Source: Camelus dromedarius
Lineage: Eukaryota
Direction: 5' to 3'
Assembly (NCBI RefSeq): GCF_036321535.1
Contig: NC_087447.1
Span: 47,928,001 to 47,992,000 of the forward strand
Length of the DNA stretch: 64,000 bases
Shown here: in pieces, positions 53,980-64,000 of the stretch
Numbering within the stretch: the first letter of the stretch is position 1
How the letters are laid out: each line of letters starts with the position of its first letter
Position numbers and translations under genes: made by a program
The notes under the pieces: model-generated
Databases searched by the model: none
Seen by the model: the letters and a program-made list of their open reading frames with translations, nothing else
What the model was told of the DNA's origin: nothing

Positions 53980-56900
53980 TTTTGGAAACTTTTTTTTTTA
54001 ATAGTTATTGAATGTTCTACAGCTTACAGTAAATATCATAGTTACAAATTCTTGGCTTCAATCTTTCAGAGTGATCACTATCTGATCTTCAAAACAAAAT
54101 GAAACAAAAACCCAAAAGAATCCAAAACAAAACAAAACCAGTTTTACACTTCATACACACAAGTGAGGCCATGGGGCTTTCCAATCTTTACACTCCAGGC
54201 TGTGTTTTGAAAACACCTATAAGTTCTTTGATCAAACTACTTGGAAGACACCAGTCAAAGGTTTATTATTATTATTTTAAACATTTTTCTTTTTAAAATG
54301 TGAGTTCCCATAAAATTTAAAAATTAGATTCCAACCTGTAGATTAAAATGAATTAAAAAATACAAAATCATATACAACGCTCTCTCATAGGGATGGTACA
54401 TGCTACAAGAACAAGTTTCTTTGTCGTGTGATATGAAACAGGGATGCAGATGCCTTTTAGTCAGGAGACGGGGACTTGGGCCTTTATAGGTCATTACAAA
54501 CAATTCCACGTTGCTAGAGGCCTGGCCTTACCTCCCCTTGAGTAAGAAGAGCTGGAATCCCACCACAGATCCAGATAATCTGGCTGACCCAAGAAGGTGG
54601 TCTCTGGGTAGTCCCACTCTTTCCGTGACTCTCAGGCATGAGGAGGAAGGCTGGAGACTGGAGATGCTGGTCTTGCTGGGGTGAGGCCCAGAGATGGTTT
54701 CACCCATTTAACTCCTATGGGCTGCAAAGCTGTTATGTCTGTTCTCTTCAGAATGGAAAATACCCCTTCTACCAGGAGCTGGACTGGGTACAAGGCCTCA
54801 CTGCCACGGCAAGGACACCCAGGGACTATAGATGCAGCCACAGGGAAGCAAGCACTCTAGTCTCCCTTTCCGGCTCTGTGGCAGTCCCAACTCCTGTGTT
54901 CCTCACTTGGCCACTGGGCTGGACTCAACAGCATGCAAGACAGAAAATACCCATTGGAAAAACTGAGGGAGTGGGACCCAAGTCTGACTCAGGTGAGGTT
55001 GGTTATGGAATGTTGAAGCTGGCCTGCCAGAAATTTTGAAGGCTGGGCCCTGGAACCATGTAATGCCTAATTTCAGAAACAAGTTCTTTAGGAGAAGGAA
55101 ACATGGACAGGTAAAGGACAAATCCTGTAGCCAACCTGGCACATCCAAGGAGGCTGAGCTCTCAGAAGCTCAGATGTGGAATCTGATGTTAGCTTGGCTG
55201 GGTTTCCTCTGCTGTGATTCTGCTTTTGGAGGTGGACTGGGCCTGGATTCCCCTGGGGCTGTACACTGGCATGGAGCCTGCTCCCTACCTGCCCACTCCC
55301 CTGCCCAACCTGCTCCCTCCAGGTTCCCAAGCTTGGCAAGCAGCTGAGGACCGCATACCTTATAGCGATGTCGTGGAATACAAGATGGAAAAGCAGAGCA
55401 TCCACAAACTTTCTCTCAACTTCAACTGAGGAGAGATGCCATGATGACATCTAAATGACTAACCCAGCCATAGTGCTGTGACCAAGACCACACCAAGACC
55501 CATGCCTCTAGGCCCTCCCTCTCTGGCCACAGAGTAGAGCTGAGGAATCTGATATGCAGGGCACCAGGCCTGACTCAGCCAGTGCCTTGCTGGGACTCTG
55601 ACTGGCTCCTATCTGCACAATGAGAATACCAGAACTTAGTGACCAAAGAGTCTGCCTACTTTCATGTTTCATGTGATTAACTTCTGAAGGCTACTCAGAA
55701 CAAAGCAAGCCCCTCTGAAGAAGCAAGCTCTCCAAGGGTACATAAGCAAAGGGTACACAAACCTCCCAGGGTCATGGGTCTTTTAATGGACAGGTGCCTG
55801 GGGCTGCCCTTCACCATGTCTTCAGTCCTGGGCATCAGGACCTCAAAGTGTTTTGATCAAGTTAGGTCTTTTGTTGCAAATTTTCATCCTCTGGGTGCTA
55901 TCAGCTGGATATGCCTCTGGGTTCCCATGGATGCTCACAAAAATCAGCTCAGCTGGGAGGATTGAGTTTCCCAGGTCTCCATGGAGTCTTCCTCTGGGGG
56001 CAGATGGGTAGCCCATCCCCTCTGCATGCCTGCCACTCAGACCTAGCATGTGCCAGCAGGAAGAGCAGAGAATTTGAAGAATTCAAATCTTGGCTCTTTC
56101 TCTTATGAGCTGTGTGACCTTTGGCAAGTCTCTTAAGCCTTCTGAGGCTCAGTTTTTTTCCATCTATAAAATGGGGATTTTGGCAATCAACGTCATTCTT
56201 TGTATACAGACAAAAAATTCTGGACAGGTCTAAGTGTCCTTTTTCAATATACAGGGAGGAGGATATGGACTTTTTAGGGTCATTGCCAGGAGAGAGAGAA
56301 GCAGCAGCAACTGTCCTGTCTCCTGGGGAAGAAATTAAAATTTTCAAAACATGGCAGAAAGATTAAACTTCAGGCTCTCACCACTTGGGGGCACTCCAGC
56401 TTCCAGACTCCAGCTTCCTAGGCCCCAGGCTAATGAGGAAAGGGAGCTGGTGGAAGTGGGGGAAGCCAAGAGGATTGGCTGGTGACTGGAACCACCTGCA
56501 GCCCTAACCCTGGCCACCAGGCTTGTACTGGGGAGAAGCAGTAGAGTAGGGTGGAGAGAAGTTTGCTGGTGCTGCGCTGCAGCTTGCTGTCATGTGAGTA
56601 CACCCTTTTGTCCTCTCTGGCTTGCTGGCCTTCCTACAATGACAGGGCCCCTTCCAGCTCTGACTTTCTGTCCAGCTTAACCTTTGGGTCATCCAGTATC
56701 TTTGGATGATACTTATGGTATGTTCTGACAGACGCCTGTGATCCTACCAGGTGTACTCATCCTACCAGAAGCACACTACTGCCCCTGTTCTCCTGGACTC
56801 AGTCCCTCTGCAATGACTCCCCAAGCTTGGCCAGGCTTGTGGATCTCTGTCAAAGCAAGAGGGTGGGACAAGCTGAACTGGGGCTCTGGTGCTCAGACTG

Positions 56901-59775
56901 CAAAGGGGATGCTGGGCCTGGACTCTCTCAGACCACAGCCTTTCCACGCCTGTTTTTGCCTTGGGGTCTGTCTTTGATCTTGAATTACACACTAGGACTA
57001 AGAGAGCGTGCAGAGCATAGATGTTTCAGTCCGCAAGCCAGTGTGTGGAGTCAGATGAGTGAAAAGTGAGCAGACTGGGATTCAAATGGCTGTCACTTAT
57101 GAATAGGTTGCTTTGCTTTTCCAAGCCCCAGTTTCCTCATAGATCAAATGGGAGAATAATCTATTTCACAGGGTTAAACCAGATGATGGATATGAAATTG
57201 CCTTGTGAACTTGAGGTACTAGATGTTAGTTTTTACTTATTGGTATAGAATGAACAAAAGTAACAAGGTCATTCCTAAACTCCTTCTTTCCCCTCCTCTC
57301 TGTGGTTCTACCCCAGCCCACCTGGAGGCAGCAGGATTCAGGGATACCAGCATTCTGCTCACTTTGGGCAAGTTCCCTTCTCTTCTAGAACCAGTTTCCT
57401 CATTTATCAAATGGGTGTAATAACTGTGACCCTGTCTTTCTCTCAGGGTCAGTAAAGGCTGTGAAGTGCTCTGAAGTCTATGAAGCACCTGTCAAACACA
57501 AAGGTTTCCTATTATTATAATAATAATTATTATTACTTTTTGGCATTTTCCAAACATGTATGACAAAGTCTAAAACAACCTTCATCACCCTTATAAAACC
57601 AGAGAGCAGGAGGAGGTATTTGCAAAAAAAAAAAAAAAAAAAATGGGTTAACACTGGAAACTTTCTATTATTTTAAAATAAAACCTCTCCAGCACCCCCA
57701 GAATAGACCATTTAGAACAGGTGGGCTTCTCCTGCAGTTCCCTGGAAGACCAAGAAGGTGGGCCCCCAAATCCTAGCTCTGGGCCAAGAATGTTGCTGGG
57801 CTTTGTCCTTCTGGGAACAGCCAGACAGCCTCTGAGGTCCTTCTGGCACAAGGATTTTCCTGATTTTTTTTTTTCCTCCTTTAAAAGGGAAGACATGGGA
57901 GGTAGGGGTAGGGATACGTCCAAATATGCATGAATTTAAAATAAAAAGATACTTAAAAGTTCTATATGTTATCAATGATCCCATTTTGTACAGTAAAATG
58001 TTCCTCTCCCCCCACCTCCAAAGGAGCTGCTGGTCCAGCCAAGTGCTGGGTACAAGGGGGCAGTGCTAGACAATGGGGCTCCTGGCTGAGACTAGTGGGG
58101 CCTCCTGACCCAGTGGTCCCTCTTTTCCAGGAGAGCCCATGTCTCTTCCTCCTCTCCTCTCAGGATGAGGGGCTACTCTCTTAAAAATGGACTCCTTTTT
58201 CAGCCAGCCCACCTGTTCCTTCTCCTAGGGCTGGAGTCTGGTCAAAAGTTACAGACGTCTTCACTGAACTTCCAAATGCTATTTCTTCATTTGCAATTTC
58301 TGTTCCTGCCATCTTCCCCCAAGTGACCTCTGCCCAGTCTTCAACCCCTGCCGCCTCTGGAATCCGTAGAGGAAAAGAGCAGAAACAAAAGCCCAGAGAC
58401 TGTTCCAGAGCTCACCAGGTGTGGGCAGTGTTGACTTCATTTTTACAAAACCAAGCCAAGCCATTCCTAGGTAAATTTGCAACACGCCCCTAGGCAGGAA
58501 GGCTGCATTTAATGCTAATTCACTGCGAGGTCTAGGGAAAGCTTTTCCTTTTCTCTGGGCCTCAGCTTCCTCATCTGTCAAATAGGGGAATGGATGAGAT
58601 GACTGCTAAGGTCCCTTCAGCTCCATGAGTCTATGAAATGTTTATTGCTATTGCTTTTCCTTCACTATCCTGACCTTCAGAGCCACCAGCACCCACCTGG
58701 AATGTGGTTTCTTCACTTTGGCCATGAATGGCACAAGGTAACCAAGAGCTTGGCCTGTCTGCCAGCGCCACGGACAGTCGGATGAACCCTGGCACTGGGA
58801 AGGGCAAAGGGAAGGGAGAGAAATGCCATAGGTTTCCTCTCTAATCAAGAGGAAGCTCCTCATCAGAGTGGATCTTTGAGGGCTCAGAGGCCAAGGTCTG
58901 GATTACACAGGGCACCCGGCCTTCCAAGGCTTTGGGAGGCTGGGATCCCACCATCCTGTAGCTGCTTGGCAGATCTGAGGTCAAAATCTGAGGAAGTGCC
59001 AGGTCAGTTAACATCACTGTGCAAATCAGAGGGTCCAGGCCCAGATAACTGGCCAGAGACCTTACAAACCAAACCCAGCAGGCAAGCACCTCTCTCCTCT
59101 CTTCCCTCTTCTTTCCCACAATGCCCTCCCTCCCCCAAGTTCTCCCAAAGGAAGAATCTGGTTTTCTCAGATTCTCATCCAGGGTATTACTAAGCTGCTA
59201 TGAACACTCCTACCTAATCAGGTTGTTTTGTTCTTGGTCTGTTGCGATGATTCTCAGAAGACATTTCATTCGTGTCAGGACATGGTAATGTCTTAACCTA
59301 ATCCTGCTTGAGACAAATCAAAAAAGAATCAATCCCCTAGAGATGTGGCCTGCTCAACAGCTCTGAGTTCCTACCCTAGACCCGAGGGCCACATCTGTTA
59401 TGCTCTTCAAAGGAAATCATGCCTTTAGCTAAACCATTGCAACAGACCCCACTCTCTGCCTGCTGCTGGACTAGGCTCCCCAGGGACTGGATTCTTGGGA
59501 AGGAAAGAAGAGCAGAGAGGATGTGCCTGGTCAGGTAGGAGGAGCGGGTAGAGTTGGAAGGGCAGTGCCTAAGAAGGGGACAGTGGGGAGAGGCAGGAGA
59601 TTAGAAAAAGCAGCTTTTACAAAAACCAAAAATAAAAACCAAAATCATTAAAGATGCATAAAGTGACCCTTGCACTTCCGTTGTCTCTTCTTGCAAATAG
59701 AGGCGGTGCTGCTAGGAAGCTGCTCCAGCACCTGTGTAAGACTTGAGTAGTTGCATACAATGTGTGACTCCAGAT
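53980..59775 (-). other. FAM168A: FAM168A terminal non-coding exon (long 3'UTR, 3' end approximate)
   Basis: Minus-strand acceptor ctttccccttcctcccccag|ATCTGG at 59776/59775; U-rich blocks; AATAAA at 54267-54262 and ATTAAA at 54002-53997. Confidence 0.7.
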
Positions 59776-60533
59776 CTGGGGGAGGAAGGGGAAAGTCATT
59801 AGTGACAGTGATATTCCCGAGGACACTTCAGGAAGCTACCTGACCTCCTCCCTTCCCCTTGGGAGCCCTAAGGGGAAGCCCTCTGTGGCTTTCCAGTAGA
59901 TCTGCCCGTTTCCTGGGCAGTGCCAAGAACTCCTGGAGGAGGGCAGGAGAGATGAGGCGGTGGGGCAGAAGATTTTGAAGTGACATCCCTGGAGCCCTGC
60001 AGTTCACTGGCACTGCCTCAGGAGCTGATGAAAGCAGTAAGGAAGCTGCTGGAGGGGGTTGGCCCAAGGTCTCTGCCTGGCCCTAGTCAGAGCCAACATT
60101 TGATTGAGGTAAAATTTCATTGGAAGAATGGGGCCCACAGTTAAGAGAACTCTGAAGACTACAAAGTAAAGAGCACAGAATTTAGTCCTAGATGACTGGA
60201 GTTCAAGTCCCAGCTTAGTTTTTACTGGTTAAGTGATGGTGAACTATGATTTATCTGTAAAATAGAGCTAGTGATCCTTATTACACAGAGCTACTGCTAC
60301 TGGAAGGATCATGGGAAAACATATGTATAGTATCTAGTTTATATAGAAAGTGACAGCTATAATTAAGAGTGATATCACTGAACATGGAGCAGGAAAGTAA
60401 CCGGTAACTGCCACCTACTTCCTGCTGACACCTATGCTTCAGATCAAGCCAGGGGCTTTGAAGTAGTTCTGCTATTTAGTCACCCTCCTACCTCTCCACC
60501 CCGGGCCCCACTCACTTGGATGGGCTGCAGGCT

Positions 60534-60646
60534 TTACCAGTGCGGGGGCACATAGCTGTACGCAGGGGTCCCTTGGGCCCTGTATGTTGGCATGGAGACA
60601 GGGTGTGCCCCAATCGCAGTGTGCTGGGGTGCAGTCAGCAGGGTAC
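60534..60646 (-). CDS. FAM168A: FAM168A last coding exon (GTLLTAPQH...VPPHW*)
   Basis: Minus strand ctcag|GT; TAA at 60536-60534; exon continues 18 nt to a donor at 60516/60515. Confidence 0.95.
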
Positions 60647-63202
60647 CTGAGCATCCAAAGAGAAAAGTAAACCTGGTGAGCCGTCCCCAGCCTGGGATGA
60701 AGAGGATGAAGCCATGGTCTTTCACACAGCTGCTCCCCGCCCACTCAGGAGCTGCTGCCCACCCCTCCCCACCTTGCTAGGCGTCATCTCCTAAAGAAAA
60801 GCTTTCCTGATGCTCCAGGACAGTCACCCACTCTTCTTCACTGACCTCCTTTCATTCTTCATATTGCACAAACATCAAGCTGAGTGGTGATTGTTGCTTT
60901 ATGTGATTGTATTCCCACTAATCTAGCTGTTCCTACAGGCAGGGCTCTATTCTCAACTATCGGTATTTGGTTCCCAGGATCCAAACAACAAGGCTGGCAC
61001 TGAGCAGATATTAAATAGCTTGCTGACCTGATCTGGCACTGAGAGGCCTCAACACATCCTACAGTAGAGGCAAAATAAAATCCCAGCTCCCATCTGCCCA
61101 CTCAAACCCCTTGAACTCTCTTCCCTCAGAAAGAGATTCAGTGGATTCTTTGAAAGTTGGGTCTCTAAAGGTTATGCTTCGCCCTCTTGTCCTCTCATGC
61201 TCTTCTTTTAAATGTCAACTCATCTGAAGACTTCCCTTAACCTGCTCTGGCATCACCCTCCACCCTCATGCTTCCTGAAGCACAGGGCTTCCGGAGTAAG
61301 CCAGAAATGGAGGAACATCCTCCTGGAGTCCTGCCTCTCTCAAATCTTACAATTAATTATTGGACAGGTCCTTAAGCTCCTGCCTGCTAAATAACATTGC
61401 CCTATGCCCTCCTTTCTGGAACCCTGGTGCTACCAGAGTCCTAGCATCATCATCTCTCCTCTGAACTACAGCCTCCCCACTGACTTACCTGTTTCCAGTC
61501 TCTCTCTATCTAAGCCTGCCTCCACCTTGCACCAGAGAATGATTAAACCTAATCCCATCTCTCTGCCTAAATCCCTTTGCTAGCTCCCCATTACCTAAAG
61601 GTATTCAAGCCTCTTCCCCACTTTATCTCTGACGACTGCTGCAGCCACCCTTCCAACTCTATGCCCCTGTTTTCTAAGTGATTTAGACTATTTCCAGCCT
61701 GTGAATGTGCCTTACGCATGTTCTTTGCAGCTGATTTGCTCTTCCCTCTTTCATCTCTCTGGTTGGCCTCTGTTCACCCTTTAAGGTTTAGCTCAATATG
61801 CCCTCCTTGGTGAAACCTTCCTCATCCCTGTGGACAGGTTTAGAGGATCCTTCCTCTGGGTTCCTAGAACCCCCAGGCACAGGATTTTACATGCTATGCT
61901 ACAGGCAATTCCATGACTGTGTTCTCCACTCTGTCCTGAGTTCCTGCAGGAGGGGAATGGACAAATGATGCTATCCTTACCTGCTGACATTGCCATGGTG
62001 GTGCCAGCCACCATGCCCATGGCCACGCCGTTGGTCCTCGGGGCAGCGACAGGCGCCGGGTAGATGGCAGAGGGAATGCTGTTGGGCTGGACAACCGTGG
62101 TGTGGTGGATGACATGGGGCTGGGCAGCATACACCGGCTGTGTGTAGTAGGCTCCCTGGGGGAAAAGAGGCTGAGGTCACACAGGCTTTTGGAGAGGTGG
62201 GGCAGATGTGGAGAGGAGGAGGGGGGACTGGAGGAGGGCCCTGAGGGATGGGGTCAGAGTAACACAGGACCAGGGACACAAGTCTGGGCCCCAGCAAGAG
62301 ATCTGCTATGTCTTACTATGTGACTGTGGACGGTTCAGTGCTGGGCTCCTATTCTGATCTGAAAAATAAGACTCAAACGTTATTCTGCCTTGCCCTTAGG
62401 GCTGCTATGATGATCTACTAACTCCTTATACCCACTCCTTAATCCCAAGTTTAGTATTTTAAAATGTTTATCCTACTGTAACATGCTTCTATAAGCTGCC
62501 TAAAATACAAAGGCAAGGACCACAATCAATGAGTGAAGAGGGTTGTGGATGGGGCTGGTGAACTTCAGAGCACTATGTGTATACACATGAAAGATTACTA
62601 GTGGGAGTATCATACTGGTGTGAATGCTGCCATTTTACATATTGGGAAAATGTCATAAATGCAGAGCATCTCCCCAGATGTCTCATATCTATTTCCCTTT
62701 AGGCAAAAAGGCAGAGGATGGAAACACTGGTCTGAGGTGACATCCCACTGCCTGGATCACATGGCTGCTTCCTGCTGCCACTGCCCACAGGTCTGCTGAC
62801 CTTTGGGCAGAGATGGGGGCCCTCAATCATCTTAACCCACAGCTTCTCAAATGTTTCTACTGAATAATAAAAAGAACCTTAGAATGTGGAGTAGAGTGAG
62901 GGAGTATGTAGACTGCAGGGATACTGTTTCAACAACAGTGACAGCTGGTCAGAGCCATGAACTCTCTTTCCGTCTCTTCTTCACCCACCTCCACCCCACC
63001 CAGGTTGGTGGCTCCTTTACCTGAAGAAGAGGTGGGTCCAGGTTTCCACGTGTACCTACCTGGGCATACAGATTCTGCTGGGGGTAGGCACTTCTGATTG
63101 GATACATGGCCGTCTGATAGGGGTTGGGTGATGGGGAGTAGGGGGGTGGAGCAGTATTACTCTGGGTCGGTGGGACCTTGTATGGTGTCCCCGCAGTATA
63201 CC
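60534..63202 (-). CDS. FAM168A: Protein FAM168A (TCRP1), last three coding exons; 5' exons lie beyond the window end
   Basis: Exons 63202-63060, 62155-61981, 60646-60534 join in frame: [29 protein letters not shown]...[25 protein letters not shown]...[13 protein letters not shown]...YSYVPPHW*. Confidence 0.96.
61200..61970 (+). mobile_element. L2 LINE fragments (further L2/MIR pieces at ~1180-1540, 5935-6065, 6830-7300, 10200-10480, 39620-40270, 50920-51560, 56090-56180, 57040-57230)
   Basis: Pyrimidine-rich L2-type motifs (CAGCCTCC..ACTG, GCTCAATATG.CCTCCT..GTGAAACCTTCC, TGAGTTCCTG.AGG); boundaries approximate. Confidence 0.55.
61981..62155 (-). CDS. FAM168A: FAM168A exon (GAYYTQ...MAMSA)
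   Basis: Minus strand cccag|GGA ... GCAG|gtaagg, 175 nt. Confidence 0.95.
63060..63202 (-). CDS. FAM168A: FAM168A exon (RYTAGTPY...QNLYAQ)
   Basis: Minus strand tacag|GG ... CAG|gtaggt, 143 nt. Confidence 0.94.
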
Positions 63203-64000
63203 CTGTATCAAGGCAATAAGAGAGACTTCCAATTAGTTGGCAGAACAGCATCGCTGGAAGGCAGCAGGTCCCAGTCACGGCTCCCCAGACAAGCATGGGC
63301 TGAATTCAGGCTGGAAACACAGATGAGAACAGACAGAACAGGGCTCTACTCAGAGAGCCCTGGCCCCAGAGGCAGCTCCCTCAGTCCTGGTGCACAGGGC
63401 TGCATGTGTGATTCTGGCATCTTTTATTTCTTTAGGCCTTAGGGCTCTGATCTATAAAATAAGAGGCTGGAACCAGATGATCTCTTTAGGAGCCCTTGCA
63501 GCTTGGACAGTCTGGGATTCTCACGGACAGTGCCATGAGAGAGGCAGGTGCGCACAGATGGGAGACCCTCAGCCTGCTCGCTCTATACTGCACTCTCTTC
63601 TTGCTTTTCTGTCTCTTCACTCAGCACCCCAGGGTATCTTCTGGGGCTGTTTTTGTCTTTCTGTCTTGCTTTCCCTCTTACTCTCTTTTACTTTTTTCCT
63701 TATATCTCTCTCCCTTTTTGGACTGGACTGCCCTCCACCATGTTCCCCACTCCCTTCCTGTCAAGCTTTAAGGTGAAAACTTCATACAAAACACCATTCA
63801 GAGATCCTCGTTTTCTGAGATGCTGAAAAATTTTGCTCTACAGAGCTGGCTTCCCCTCCCCTCCTGGGGGTTAGGGAAGGGTCACCTCTGACTGAAGGAC
63901 TGAAGTCAGAGGTCAAAAAGATTTCACATTGACCTGGAACCCAGGCCATGTCAGTACCTCAGCAGGGTGGACCGAAGCTGGGGTTGAGAAGTCAGGCCCC

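Noticed and set aside
1..64000. Several hundred 60-200 aa ORFs in the six-frame track
   Set aside because: Expected by chance in GC-rich mammalian DNA with GTG/TTG starts. Only pieces overlapping spliced exons of the three genes look like real protein.
1..64000. CRISPR arrays, operons, rRNA, snoRNA/miRNA genes or a novel multi-gene system
   Set aside because: No regularly spaced direct repeats, no prokaryotic gene architecture and no RNA gene I can recognise. An Rfam/Infernal scan would be needed to exclude small ncRNAs.

Overview
Mammalian genomic DNA, not prokaryotic, so the six-frame ORF track is mostly noise. Two tRNA-Ala-derived SINEs of the camelid vic-1 type, with no recognisable Alu, B1, Bov or Can SINEs, point to a camelid (inference). 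The window holds the conserved ARHGEF17-RELT-FAM168A block. (1) ARHGEF17/TEM4, + strand: coding exons 2-21 (6424-24274) cover the DH, PH and C-terminal beta-propeller regions; the large canonical exon 1 lies upstream of the window. (2) RELT/TNFRSF19L, + strand, complete: CpG-island promoter near 31.8-32.6 kb, CDS 43972-49313 in 10 coding exons, 430 aa. (3) FAM168A, - strand: the last three coding exons plus a ~5.8 kb 3'UTR exon, convergent with RELT. All exon phases were checked by hand and all junctions are GT-AG. Introns and intergenic DNA carry MIR, L2, L1M, MLT1, MER5, MER33 and MER104-like fossils. The most notable observation is a CpG-island alternative first coding exon (2813-2950, 46 codons) that splices in frame to ARHGEF17 exon 2 and predicts a 1044-aa short isoform with a new N-terminus. 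Other candidates are an intragenic CpG island, CTCF-like motifs flanking RELT, a MEIS/E-box motif cluster, a three-layer nested transposon and a 3'UTR intron in FAM168A. I found no evidence for a wholly new multi-gene system. Repeat family names and human comparisons are from recall, not from a search.
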